A stretch of DNA of 64,000 bases from Paramecium tetraurelia (lineage: Eukaryota). The notes below the pieces were generated by a model. The model saw only the letters and a list, made by a program, of their open reading frames with translations. It did not search any database and was not told the DNA's origin. Location of the stretch: contig CT868016.1 in NCBI GenBank assembly GCA_000165425.1, positions 186,001 through 250,000 on the forward strand, in the 5' to 3' direction. Below are positions 37,125-51,800 of the stretch, in pieces; the stretch's first letter is position 1, and the number at the start of each line of letters is the position of its first letter. The translations under genes and the position numbers were made by a program.

Positions 37125-39409
37125 TCAATTATTAAGCATTTTGTGCATCATACCATATTTTATTAATTCTCTTTCCGCTCTTGTATATCCAAACAATGCA
37201 GCCAACACTTACAATGCTTCGACATTAAATCTAATATATTTCATTATCATTACCGTGCCAGATAATTCTTGTAATCAATTTCTTTAACTAACCTTTGCAA
37301 TTCAGTTTCTTCAAATTTTCTAAATAGTCCCTCCTTAACCTCTATATCTTTTTGTATTTGTTGATACTCCTTTATTAGTTTATCCTTTTCAAAATTGTTC
37401 AACTCAGTAAAAACTATCGATTATTCTTAATTGGCTTCAGATTTGAACATCCTGGCTATTCTTCTTTAAGCTTCATTGTAGATGATATCATTTAGTGTTT
37501 CTTTGCTTTAAAATATATGAGTAAGAGTTTATTAGACCAGCTTATTTTCTGTATCACTCAATCCTTGTATCAATAGAGATACTTGAGATTCTTACTGTGA
37601 TTTAATCTATTCTATATGTTATTTCTTAATGTCCATTGAATCAATTTAAGAGAAATGATTTTTCGATAATAAAGATACTATGGAATTGTTCCCTGTGTCA
37701 ATTGAAGAATCTCTATAATTACTGAACAATTAATGAGCCTTTTTAAACAAATCATTCAACTCAATTGTCTTTCTTGTTTTAGTGATTAAGAAATCTCTTG
37801 CTTTGCTATCCAAATATGGTGGAAAATTTGCTTCAGCTATCTTCTCTCCTGAATCCCAAACTGCCTTAATTATCCAAGATAAACCTTGTGATCTACAATC
37901 CAAACCAATTTTAAGCAATTCTAGTAAAAATCCTTAAATTGATTTTAATAGTGCTTTATTATTCTTATTCAATTTAGAGTTCTCCTATTCTAATTTTTCA
38001 ATTTAAATTGCATTTAACTTCATTTATTATTGAAATTTGTTGTAATTATCTCTCATTTAATCTATTTGACTTTCCAATTCATTCTATTTAACTGCAATAA
38101 CCATATAATTGTCAACTTGACTAGCATTATTTTTAATATTGGGTGAATTTGATGACTATTAAGGTTTCTTATTTATTCCTCTCAATTCCTCTTATCTTTC
38201 TTTGATCTAAAATTAAACCAAATATTTACGAAATCCTAAATGGCCCTTAACTTTTTATGAATTTCATGATTCTCCATTCTCAGTGTTTCAAGATCTTTTT
38301 CGTTCTTTTTTACAGTGTTTTTTTACCTCTCTAATCTTGAGTTAATTGATAGTAAAATTTAGTTCGTTTATTTTTCATAAAATAATGCTCGATCACTTGC
38401 ATTTTAAAATTAAGTTAATTGCATTTTAATTAATGTATGTAAACTATTTTTTAAACCTTCCACAGTATAGTCAAATATCAGAGTTCCATCGTGTTTTTCC
38501 TCTCCTTGTTGTTTGGCTCTTGCTAATTCAATCTATGCCAATTCTTGCTGCGTCAAAGTCGAACCCTATTACATATACTTATCCAATTGCTTAGTCAATG
38601 AATGATCTTGATGAAGCATTTCGATCTTCTTGATAGCTGATATCTTTTGCAAGGAACCCATCAATTTCTATTTGAATACACTTTGTTCGCCTTCCTACTT
38701 TGCAGACTCAACTATTAATTTTGGAAAGGCTGGAATTCCTTGCACTGCTTTGGATCTGTCATTGAGTCCACCTCTTCTCAATAATTAGAGTGATTGTGAT
38801 TTTTCTTAGAATTATATTTTAGCAAGTCCTAATAATAATTCAACAGCATTTATACTTTCTTTCTCCTATTCCTACTTCAATTTCTCCTGTTCTTCCTTCC
38901 ACCTCTTTTTTATTCCTTTGTACCAAGTATCCAAGTTGGCAACCAATTGATCATCACTTTCAGCTTTATATTATTAATTGGCTTTGAACTGCTCCTCTTG
39001 ATGCAATTTCTTACGAACCGTCTTGGTATTGTTATCAGGGTCTTCTTCAAGTTTCTCATAACTTGAATATTAATATAATATAAATATACATTTCTTATAG
39101 TAATAATTTGGCACCAGGCTCATTTGACAAACGAGCTCTTAATTTATTTTCCAAATCAGTTCTCCTTACCTTCTGGTGCAATTTAACAGGTTTCTTTGTT
39201 GAATCCTTAAGCGAAGTAATCATCTCATCTTAATCAGGCATAACAATATCGTAAAACTGTATGGTGTTCATTTCATCATTCAGTATTTTTTTACGCATAT
39301 CTTGCATTACTAGACTTTCAATTTCCAGATGATTAGTAGGTCTATGTCTAGTCCTAATTACTTCAGGGGCTGATTAAAGATCATTCCTTTTTATTTTTTT
39401 TTTATGCAT
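37125..39409 (-). CDS. Large coiled-coil hypothetical protein
   Basis: MHKKK... with introns. Contains the globular-looking block LLKIGLDCRSQGLSWIIKAVW...FPPYLD and ends VLAALFGYTRAERELIKYGMMHKMLNN*. Confidence 0.75.
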
Positions 39410-39684
39410 TTATTTATGAGAATTAAAATACTTATACAATTTTATTCCCTCATTTCGAATATATTATATACTCAATATAAATATAACCTATAAACCATTT
39501 ATAGTTTTATACATAATCCAATAATGTAATTAGATACATTTATTTCAATTCGTTTAATACCAATATTTCAGTTTTTTTTTTATTTATAAATATTTTATCC
39601 TAAGATATTATTATTTCAATTATAGGTTTAAAAGCAAATATCTAAAATGGTTGCATGTTGAATTAAATATATAAAATGTATTAT

Positions 39685-42600
39685 TCATTATTATGAGCCA
39701 CTAAATCTCACTAATTCTTATTCGTCAACAGCTTCCTTTTATTTATAAATCCCAGCCCAAAATGAATCTTGCCTTGCAATCTTTTCCTAATTTTCTACCC
39801 ACTTATTGAGATTGTGTTCAAACACTTTAACCTTGTTTAATATCTCCGTGGCTGGATCACTAAAGAATTCCCTTATGATTTCTGCCTGGACAGCTTCCAA
39901 TCCCCCTATTAAGGCGCCTATAAGAATTATGCTCAACCAGAAGTGAGGTGTGCCCACCATGGTGAATGGAGTGTATTCCATCAGAGTTCCAGGCCAGAAA
40001 TTAGAAATGATCACGTAAATGACGTAGAGTAGAATGGACAGAAAGGTGATGCTAATAAAATTAAACCATGTCCAGAATTTGGTATGGATGGCTATTTTGA
40101 GGTCAGCAATCTAAAATAGATAAATAGAGTGTACCAAGATGATGCAAGAATAGACTGTCAATGAGAATGGTGCCAAACTGCTTGAATCTCCATTATCTTG
40201 CACGATCTCATAATCAGTAATCCAAAGTACAAAGAAAAATATAATCATCCCATGAACTAAACCATTGAAAGCCCAAACCATGTAATTGGGAATAGTGAAG
40301 ATAGTTTTGTTTTATCCCACATAATAGAGACTCGGAAATTTAAGTCTTAAATATTATTCTTATTTCCTCTGCACATTAGCCACTTCCTCTTTCTAGTCAT
40401 ACTAACAATATTATCTATAATTGATGTCCTAATCAAATGTGCCCCTCATTATAAGTGGTAATGCTGTAAAGATAAGATTATAGAAAGTGATATACCAATC
40501 ATCAAAGAAAGACTATCCTGAAAAGGCACAGAAATATGAAAAGAAGAATTGGGGCACAGTGAATATCATGTTTTTGTAAAAGAAATACAACACCATCTCT
40601 GCAATTCTAATGTAATTCCAATGTCCATGTACTAGTAATAATCTCCATAAACATCTGAATTCTCCCAAAGCAAAATCACTACTTTAAACTGCTCTCATTC
40701 CCTCATTTCCATATAGCCCAACTCCAATATGAGCTGCCTAAATCATGTTGACATCATTGGCTCCATCTCCAATAGCCAAAGTGATCTTGTTCAATCTGTC
40801 CTTAATTAATCTGACAACATCAGCTTTCTGCTTAGGAGTTACTCTGCAACAAACAATACTTTCACAATCCTTTGCCATACTAACAAAGGCCTAAGCTAAA
40901 TCTTCATTATCTATTACAAATTACAAGGATGATCCTTCAACTACTATTGACTACAATACTATATTTAAATACTTTTTTCCTATTCTCCTTTATACATAGA
41001 TCATATGTATCTTAGATATCTCCTAATTTCTTTTTGCATTCCTCAACTGACGGCACTGCCAATCTCATCACTGTAAAATCGCCTTAAATCAACCTACAAC
41101 TCTTAGCTATGTTCTCTGCTGTCTCTAATTTATCACCAGTCAACATCCACACTTTTATGTTTGCCTTTAACAAGTCAGCAATAGTCTCTGGCACTAAAGG
41201 CTATAATTTATCTTCAACAGCAGAAGCACCCAATAAAGTTAGTTATTTTTCCAAATTACTTGTTAGTTTTTCTATTTTTAATTAACAAAATACCTAATTC
41301 ACTTGCTCTGGTGTCATTGTCTGGTAAATTATTATAAGCATGATCAAATTCTTGATATTCTTCATGAGATAACACTCTTGTAGCCATGAGGAGACATCTT
41401 AATCCAATTTTGCTGAAGTCATCCAAATAATTAATAATCTCATTTAGAAATGGTTGATCAGGTAATAGTCTATCTTTTATGATATTATCTGCTCCCTTGA
41501 TATATAATTTGATGACTCCGTTATCATTTATTATTACACTCATTCTCTTACGAGTGGAATCAAATTCAAATGATTTAAGCAACTTCACTTTTTTTTCTTT
41601 GCCCAAGATCTTGAAATTCTACTCACTTGCAGATGCACCAGTAAATTGAAATCCTAATCTGGCTGCTGCATCTACTAGAGTGATCTCGTCTGGAGAGGGA
41701 CCCTAATAGGATGCATTCTAATTCTTATCATATTGAATGATGCATTCATGAGCAGAAGACAACAAAAAAAAGTATTCTTCAATTACGTTTCGCTGTTTAG
41801 ATAGAGTCACTTTTTGTTTGCCATCCTAGGATGCAATATTAAGATTTATCGGCATATCGCCTGTGGATCCTTCGCCTTTGAGAATGGCACTCAATTCAGC
41901 ATCTTGGAAATTGAAGACTGAATGCTGGAACACCTCACTTTCAGGATGTACTTTAGTGGTTTGCTGTCTTTTTAGATCTACATTATATACTGGATTGTTT
42001 GTGTTGGATTATTCCTTGCCGTAGAGTACGTTGCCAATAATACAATACTTGAATTCCATTTGATTGCAGGTCAAAGTTCCAGTTTTGTCAGAGAAGATAT
42101 ATTCCACTTGTCCTAACTCTTCATTAATGGTTGTAGTTTACACTTTAGCGAATTTGTTCCTCTGAGCTACATACATCTCCTCGTCTTATTCAATAAAGTA
42201 AGCTTGGAACACTTTAACGAATTCCAAACTAACTATCAATGATATAGGGATCATTGTATTATATAATAAAATATAACTGAAAAACGCATAAAAACTGAGC
42301 AAGTTCGGTTAAAAGTCAGTGTATTCCAAATACCAACTGTCGCTCCCATAATTATGGAGCCAAGCCGATGAAAAGGAAGCTGTGATGATCGACAAAGTGA
42401 TTTGCACCACCAGAATCCCCAAAATAAGAATGTTCATAATTCTTTCGATTTCACTCGACTTTATTCTTGAGGCATCAGCATTCCTCATAATTTTAGTGTC
42501 CTATCCTGTATAAACAACTAACCCTATAATCCATTCAGTATTTCTGAGGAATGCACCTCTTAACAACAATTACTTAGCTGTTAACTAAAACTTTTTCTAC

Positions 42601-43354
42601 TAACCATTACCAATTGGCAAAAACAAGGAAGCGTCCAATTCATACAGATTTTAAGTGGGAACCTATGCTTCAACGCGTATCGCATCTTCGCAATAAGTTT
42701 CAATTTCCTTATAGAGTTCCTGACTCTCTAAAATAGCACTCTTTGGTTTTAAATTTTTCTCTCCATCCAATGAAGATGTCTCGATGTAGCATGCCCCACT
42801 TGGAATTTAACTCGAAAGCACTATGAGATCTGCAGGAAAACTCTCGTCCTTCTTCACCAATACATAATCTCCCACTGCTAACTCTGCCCATGTTGAACTA
42901 TCTATTGTGTTATTTCATTACATTGTTGGCACTCTTGATTTTAGGATGATGCATTCCGTTGAGTTTACTTCATTGTCTGAAACATGTCGTCCATAGTCTT
43001 CCCAACCTAACATCTTATGTCATTTTTATTTACCTTCACGAGCCATTGACAATCCCAGCACAAATACCAATGGAGCTATCGCACTGAAGGGGTTGAGCGT
43101 TGAGAGCACTGGAATGCACTAAATTATTGCGATGCATAAAAAGTAAATGTTTGCGTATCGAGTAAACTGTAGGAGTAACGATTTCGGTAGAAAAGTTACC
43201 ACATTATATCTACACTTCACATTATTACTTACCTTGATGTTTTGATGAAATTCGATGGAAATTCCTCTAACTCTTATAAATTCCTTTCGCATTTAAAATT
43301 CCCTACAATCTGACGAGGAGCATTGAAAGTTTCGGGTCTCTTAGACCAAAACAT
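39685..43354 (-). CDS. P4-type ATPase (phospholipid flippase)
   Basis: [108 protein letters not shown] and YFFYKN. Confidence 0.97.
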
Positions 43355-43679
43355 TTAATTATATAGTTTATAATAATAATTAATTAGTCAAAAATTCTCA
43401 CTTTCTCAATTTTCAATCATCTCTTGAAAATCTCATTTGAGTTCTCTCATTTGTGTATTCCTATAGTAACGATGCGTTAATTGTTAATTTAATTAATTTC
43501 TTAAATTAGTGTTGCATATTATGTATGTTTTGGTTATACAATTTATCTCTCCCAATAAGCCTCTTGTTGAGTAATGAGTTTGTATTGAACGTACATTAGA
43601 TGTACCGTTTTTGAACCAATTAAAATATTAACGAAAGAAATTCTTTTGATTATTTCTAATTTGTATCTATAAATATAAT

Positions 43680-44533
43680 TCATTTAGTTTTAGGTGAGTA
43701 ACCAGCAGGACTTCTGACTCCTGTTAGATTTGGCTCATAATAACTATTTGATTCTTGCTTGTCAAAAGAGATATCTTTTGCTTGATAACTTTCAGTTTCA
43801 ATTGTTTCCAATTTTCTTAAAATTTTATCCTTCAGCATCGCCATCTTGCTTATTTGGGCATCTTGAGGCAACTTCTAAATTATAAGAATCAATTTATTGA
43901 GTTTTGTTAATGAGTAGTTTTTTATTTGATTTATTTTCTAAAAATATTTCCAGTCAAACTTACATCAGTTATATCCTGCGTTTCTTTGAACAATTTTTGA
44001 TTGCGATCCATCTAGAATCTAATCTCATTCAATATTCTCTGCTGATCTGATTAAATTTAGACCAGCTACTTCCTCATCTTGTCGTGTTCATTCAGATAGG
44101 ATTCTGATTAGAATTCTTTGGTCAAGGTCTCCAAACTCTGCTTTATGTCCTCCTAATTGCGACGCTTAATATTAGCCAAGTTATTTCTACGATAAATAAG
44201 TTCATTCTTACTTAACTCCTTTTCTGAAGAGGGAATGTTGGAACTCATTCTTCCCCTGATTGTTTTTCAATTTCTTAAATCCATACATATTGAGCTGTCT
44301 ATAATATGTAGATCTCAATATCAACCTCAAGAAACTCTAGAAATTACGATGTTTAAAGTATTGAGGCAGAATCTGATCTGTCAATTACACAGAATCTTGG
44401 ATCTAAAATGTCGTTCCCTCCTTATTCCAACATATTGCCGCTTATTCAGACTCAAGAATAGCGGTTAATAAATTACTTCTAAAATCTCATACAGTTTCAT
44501 TAGAAAGGATGGGACTTATTTTATGTCTTCCAT
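43680..44533 (-). CDS. HSF-type DNA-binding transcription factor
   Basis: VPSFLMKLYEILE|intron|...ICWNKEGTTF...LPQYFKHRNFQSFLR|QLNMYGFKK...EFQHSLFRKG, followed by a coiled coil. Confidence 0.92.
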
Positions 44534-45469
44534 GATTTAATAATTTTTTTAGAATTATTATCATTCCAAAATTCAAGATTACATCAATCTCATATTTAAT
44601 CAAAATCCTTTATAGGTTTATCAAAAATAAGTCTCTCAATATCCAATTCAAAGTTCTCAAAAGATTGGATAATATCTTTGAGATAGTCCTTGAATATATT
44701 ATTGTTGCTATTCGTAAACTTCATCATTAAATCAAAATTCAATATAATTTATTTTTAAGAATTTCGCATTTTTCTTAAATCCAAAATGTTTCATCTATCA
44801 TCATCAAACTATATAGAATCAGCCGCTTAAATGTTATTGTTCATATCTGAAGTAGCCTAACTCATTTCTACTGCCTTTCTTTTAACTTTTGCTTTTCTTT
44901 TTGAAATATCCTAGATTGGCTAGATTCTTAATTAAATATATGATTAAATATCATAAGCTATTTACGATCTTTCAAACTATGTTTGATAAATTATAATTTA
45001 ACTTCAATTTCTAAAATCACTTCAAATTCTTAAATAAAAATTAGATTATCCTTATGTTCAACATAATTTCTATTCATTTAAATGCGAAACAAGTTATTTA
45101 TTAAAATACTGTTTTTTATGGTTCTGTAAATGAGTATATTAATATTTTACAATTTTTGCAATATCTATTAATATTAATTTTTCAAAATTATTTATTTAGT
45201 ATTTTTAGTCAACTTAGAATTTATTGTTATATAGAATATATAAGAATTTTCTATGAAATTATCAATTTCTAAAAGAGACATTTTACGTATTATATAATAT
45301 TCGCTTAAAAACATTTAAATGTTAAAACAAATATTAAATGAAATAAATGAATTTGAATTTAAAACATAAAGAATAACATCCAAATTCAAGAGATCAATCC
45401 ATTAATGATTAATTTTATCACAATATAATATATATAATTAGTGATAAAATTTTTAATATTTTATAATAA

Positions 45470-46475
45470 ATGTTACCAGAGTTTTCCATTTAAGCTGTTA
45501 AATTGTAAGCCAACTCTAGACAACCTAAACCAGTAAAGGTAATTAAGTAAATTCATCAAATAGTATGTACCCCCTAAGCCTAAGAGTCCTGCTTAAAAAA
45601 GGAGCTGTATTTAAAAGTTAATAAGTTTAGCATCATAGCAAAAACCCATAACAAAAGCCAAAACATCAACAGATAGACTTACTAGGAAAGGTTCGGAGGA
45701 TTTCTAAGAACCCCAATAACAATAATAAGTGGTCACTATTGAAGCCCCATAATAAAAGATTATTGTGAATATGGATGAAAGATACCAATATTATGAGAAT
45801 GAAGCAAAGAAGCGATAAAATGTCATTGATGTCTGTGACGGGGTGCAATTTTATAAGCCAGTCAAACCAGATGAAATGCCTAAGCCTCCTAAACCTAAAA
45901 AGTAAACATCTAAAATTGAAAATGCTAAATAAGTTTCACGAACAGAGAAATCAGAAAAACAATCAGTTTCCTCTGATTTACAACACTCTCTACATTAATC
46001 GAGATCTCTTTATAATCAAACAACTTCAAGAGAGCAGCAATAATCAACCTCTACTTTAATTGAAGAATGCTAAACACAATAGATAGCTGTGGATCCAAAT
46101 TTCTTAGTTTAGGGAGAAGTCGATGGTTATTAAATCGATGAAAGTTAATCCTAAATGTTTGGTTTTGGATTGACTGATTATATTAAAAATAATGTAAGAT
46201 CATCTTTAAATTAATAGAACCACAAAAAAGAACTTGGAGAGAAGGATGTAACTAATGAAGTTAAACCCTAATCAGAATCTGTTTATACATATTATGATTA
46301 CTATCCTCCTAATGCAAATGGAGAAATTCCAAAACCATTATTGGAGAGTGTGAATTATATGAATTACTTAAAAGAGTAATAAGCCTTATAAGCTCAACAA
46401 GCCTAGGAAGCACAATAATAGCAATAGTAATAATAGTAATAATAGTAATAATAATAATAATTCAAAAGTAAATGA
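45470..46475 (+). CDS. Hypothetical protein with C-terminal poly-Gln
   Basis: The frame starts MLPEFSIQAVKL, contains short introns, and ends with 16 Gln codons then FKSK*. Confidence 0.7.
46413..46460 (+). repeat. Poly-Gln codon run encoded mostly by TAA/TAG
   Basis: caa taa tag caa tag taa taa tag taa taa tag taa taa taa taa taa: 16 codons, 14 of them TAR. Confidence 0.85.
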
Positions 46476-46560
46476 ATACAAATTTAACTTTTAAATTTTA
46501 CATACTTTTCTTTAACAATTGTACTTTATATATTAATCATTTACAAAATACTTAAATTCA

Positions 46561-48204
46561 TCAACATTCTTCCATTGACTCTGAATCTGCAATTATTTTA
46601 GTTAGGGGCTCGAGAAATTAAGAGGCTATCTTTTCAACAGATGGGTGTTTGAATACTTCCAGTATCAAGGTTGTCATATACTAATTTTCAGTTTCTAAAT
46701 GTTTAACCTAATATTACTATATAATCTTACTTTTTTTTATAGTTTATTAAATTCATCCTATAATGGTCCTATTTTCTCCAAAGCTTCTCTCTTCTTTTTT
46801 TATGATTCTTTTGCAGAATTTCTATTTCTTCTTATGCTATACAGATAAATGATATAGTTTACCACTAGCACTTTTTACAATTGCATTCTTCCTCACCATT
46901 ATAAACACACTTGCTTTTAAGTTTCTCAATCATTTTCAAATAGTAATTCGAACTGTTCTTGAGTTGCATTTCAGAAAATCCATTTTTGATGATATGTTCT
47001 AGATATTAACTTTCCAATTGCAAAAGCATAGGTAATATGAATAGAATCTAACAATTCATTTGCTTATGAACTTTGATTGTATTTGAGCTAAATTACAGTA
47101 AATCTAATTCCTGGGTTTCTTCATAGAATACTTAAGTTGCTTTTTTTAAGAATTCTTAAGTCGTAGCCTTAAAACTGCCCATAATTAGTAAATACTAAAT
47201 GGTTATATGAAACATATACTTCCTAGAATATCTGATCATTATGTAATTTAGCTGTCTATTTAACACTTTATGCAACTAGATCCATAATTAAATTGCTTTT
47301 AGTGAAAAAGGTATTCAATGATTACGTGTATTTATTGAATTATAATAAAAACTAATCTTTAGTTAGCTATTGTTGTTATTGACTTAGCATGTTGAATGTG
47401 AATGTTGTCCAAACTTCATCTTGTTACTTCTTTATCATCTGATGTATTTAAGTAAATCCAATTTGCTGACTTACTGCTTATCCTTAAGATATTTTATAAC
47501 TGTAGAGAGCTTTGAAAAAAATATCGCAAAAGTCATCTCGAAAAAGCAAGAAATTTGAAAGATATTTGGTACCTAATATAATGATGTTGTAAAACTTTGA
47601 TCATAAATAATGACTTCTGAACGGAAAAGAAGGGCTACTGTCTAGAATAGAGAATAACTCATTGATATCTTTAATGGATTGTCCTTATAGGATGACACCA
47701 AATCTGCTACGATTTCTTTGTCTGCTTAACAATTCTCTAATCCATATATTATGAGGTTGCTCATGATTATCATAAAATATGGTAATTGAACTTCTAAAAC
47801 ATTTGTTAAATTGATGGTCTGTTTCTGAAGAATGATTTTCTAAAAGTAAGAGGTGACTGAATTTTGAACCTCAATTAAAGTTGAAGACTTGCTATTTGAT
47901 TATTTAAAATATTACGAGACTTGTTAAGTTGGCTAGTGTTAGGTTTAACATTGTTGAATTATCTATAAAAGTTACTGTTTTTGTAAATACTAAGCAGATA
48001 ATGAATTTAAATACTTAAACATTTTCTTTCTAACTATATTCTTCTTGTTTTACTTGTTAAGAAGATTCTTGGTGGGATTGGTTAATCAAGGCTTACAGAT
48101 ATATTTTTTGAAGAGGATTCATTAATAAATTAATAATCAAATCCATCTCGCCACTCTTCTTTGATTTCGGAGTAGTGCGTACTACCATTAAAGTTATTGA
48201 ACAT
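46561..48204 (-). CDS. bZIP-like transcription factor
   Basis: C-terminal CNCKKCQC-IRRNRNSAKESQKKKREALEKIGPLQDEFNKLQKKVKHLETENQYMTTL matches a basic region plus zipper. Multi-intron frame; the start could be 48122 or 48204. Confidence 0.7.
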
Positions 48205-48845
48205 ATTTGATTAAATATTAATACATTAATGCACTATTTTTACGTATTATTTATATATATATTAATAATTCCTAAATTATTTTCAATTTAATAATATTAA
48301 ATTTGATTATTGTATTACATCTGTTTATTATTAAGTAATTCAAATTGCCATATTTTGGATTCGTTCACTTTACAATTTTTGGACAATTTTAAAATAATGA
48401 TTGGAGTGATTATTTTTAAAAAGGCTTAAGCTAAATTAAATTAATTGTATTGATATGAAATTCTAATTTTACAATTCACTAGACAATGTCAAAAGCCAAT
48501 CATTATTGAAGGAAATCAACGAATAGCTTTAACTACTTCAACTTTCTCTAATTGTATTTCGTTATTTAGAGTATTGTTCTAGTTTACTAATGCATTACCA
48601 TAAAGGTCCTTAAAGTAGATTAGGTTTCTATATTGAATGAGACAAGCTATGTTTGATATTGATCAAAGTTATAGAGTAAATTAGAGTAATCTAGACTTAG
48701 AGAAGAGAGCATATTGATAGGAGAAGGAGGATTTTTAGTTGTCTATTTAGTATGTATAATCTTAATAACACTTATAAAAATAACAGAGAATTTAGAATTA
48801 CAATATATATGTAAGATTATGTGTACAGAATTTAAAAATGCATTA

Positions 48846-51800
48846 TCAATGACTTTATTCCTTTAAGGCTTCTTAATATATTCCATAGAATAAGGAGGCA
48901 GGTTGGTTTAATAACTCTTTAGTGGATCCAAATTCCTTAACCTCTCCTTTGTCTAGAACGAGAATCCTTTTGAAAATAGATAATATATGTACTTGTCACA
49001 ATGAAGTATGGTGTTGATTCTATGAGCAATTGTGATGACAGTGCAATCAGCAAAGGCATTTTGGATGGTATCTTGAATCTTATGTTCTGTTTCAATATCT
49101 ATATTGGCAGTGGCCTCATCGATTAGGACGATAGGACTTTTCTTGAGGACTGCTCTGGCGATGCAAACAAGCTGTTTCTCTCCGGCACTTAAATTGTCTC
49201 CGTGATCATTGATGTGAGTTTCTAATCCTTTTCTGGATTCAATCAATTCAGTCAGACAGCATTTGTTTATGGCTTGTAAGACTTCTTCATCAGTTCTTAG
49301 ATTCAAAGGGTCAATATTATCTCTGATGGTACCACTGAATAATGTTGGATCTTGCATAATCATTGTAATTGATTCTCTGAGTTGTCTTAAAGAGATGGTA
49401 GAGATATCATGACCATCAATCAATAACTATCCATTCATAGCTTCTAAGATTCTTAAGATAGTTAAAGTAATGGTTGACTTTCCAGCTCCTGTTCTACCTA
49501 CGATACCGACCTTTTCTCTTGGACTGATAACAATACTCATATTTTTCAAAGCCATAGGCAATCCTTCCCTATATTGGACTGAATAATTTTTATATTCTAT
49601 TATCCCATTTTTAGGCCATTATGGTATGTATTGATCTCTATAAGCCTGGTTGTTTTGATATCTTTTAACTGCAGCTTCATACCCTTTTTCTGGTTTAACT
49701 CTAAATTACAATTAATGAATATATATACTTAGTATAAGCAACGCATCTTTCGAATGATATTAATCCATTCTCCACATGTCCCAAGCATTGGACTGTTCCA
49801 TTGATATTTTGATCCAAGGTGGATGCATATGTCATCAATAATCCAGCATATGCAGGATTTTTTGTACTATAAAACATGCAAAATACAATAGCTGTGGTAT
49901 TGACCATGAAACTTGATAGACCAAGAACTAATCCAAACCAAGCATTTGCAGCGATCTGTTCTAAGAATATCTTACGATTCAGATCTTGATTGTGTCCATG
50001 TTTATTCATGATTTAAGATTACCTCTAGAAGGCTCTGATTGTGGTGATTCCCATGATTGATTCTGAGAAATAACTCAAAATGGGACTTTTGCTGATTGCT
50101 TCCAGTCTGAAGAGTTCTCTACTTGCAGCCATGTATATTCTCTGAATTTTCCAACATAAGAAAAAGTAGACTACCATGGGAATGGCAACCCAGGGGGAAC
50201 TTGTATAGATGTTTAAGAAGGTGTTGGCCAATAATAGAAATACTTGAACTAACATCCAATTGAATGTCCAATGGAGTTCTGAATCCAAAACATTCTAATC
50301 CTTGGTCAATCTGTTCATAATTCTACCCAAGGGAACTCTTTCAAAGAATTGACATTGTGGAGCATACATTAAGCAACTCACCATTTTGTTATGCATATTG
50401 TTGGCCTGATTGCAACTGACTATCACAAAGGCCCATGATCTAAGGAATGCCAAGATTCCATAACTCAAAGAGAGTACTGAATAGATGATCAAATAGAAAT
50501 AGTTATTGGTTTCTACTTCGTTGATGAGATCCTTACTAGCCTATTGAGTCCAATGAGCCATCCATAATGATGAACCAACATAACACGCATCCCATAGAAA
50601 CATCATGAAAATCAAGAATGCTGCGAAAAGGAAACCTCCAGTCAATCGAATGTAGGTGGTTAAGATGTCAATTGAAATCGACCCTTTATTCCTATCCTCT
50701 AACAACATAAGTTCATCAACTTCATCTTTAGCTTAAGGAGATGTGGGTGTTTCTTTCTAAGAGGATTGTTTTCTCTCCAATTTTAATTCAGAAGCAGAAG
50801 CTTGTTCAGCTTCATTAACTTGTTCTTAGGATTCCTCATCACTTTTGGCATCCTTGTAAAATTTCTGATAAACCTTTTTGAATTGCTCACTTTGTTTGAT
50901 TTCAGCAAAAGTGCCTTATTCAGCAATAGTGCCATTGTCCATTAAATAGACATAGTCGGTGTATTGACAATAGTTGAGAGCATGAGTGACTAAGATTCTC
51001 GTTTTCTCTTTCAAATAGCCATTCAAACATTCATAGATGATAAATTTACCAACATGCACATCAACTGCACTGACGGGATCATCTAATAAATAAATATCGC
51101 AATTGCTATAAATGGCTCTAGCCAAAGAGACTCTTGCCTTTTGTCCTCCTGACAGATTGACTCCTTTTTCTCCAATCATGGTCTGATCTCCTTTGACTAG
51201 GATCTTGATATCATCCTTGAGACAAGAAAATTTGATGGCTTCATCATACTTGGTCTAATCGAAAGGCAATCCGAACAGAATGTTATCCTTGACTGTGGCA
51301 TTTTATATCCAAGCCTTTTAACTCACATAAGCAAAAGATCCATTAATTTGGATTCTTGGTTTATCTTCTTTGTAAATCATTTCACCCAACAAAGCTTGAA
51401 TTAAGGACGATTTTCCAGAACCAACATCTCCAACAATGGCTACAAATTGCCCTTTTTCAATTCTGAGATTGATGTCTTTCAAAATATGATCAGATTCAAT
51501 CTATGGCAGTGGTTCTACTTTCTATCCTTTTGCAGGAGGAGTCTAAGCTGGTTGTTAAGGTTATTCCTTGTATTTTGACCAGTAAAAGGTTCCTTAGTCT
51601 ACTCTGATGGCAATATCATTATCAATTTCTGTTCTCATGACTTAGGAGTTCATTTGAGATCTGGAATCATTAACAGTCAATCCTTTTTGGTACATTAAAT
51701 CTAATTGGGATTGACTGGAATTGGTGATGCAATCTCTCATCAATTCATTTGTTAATAGGAAACTCTGCACTCTTTTAAAGGAGATATTGGCTTCGATCAA

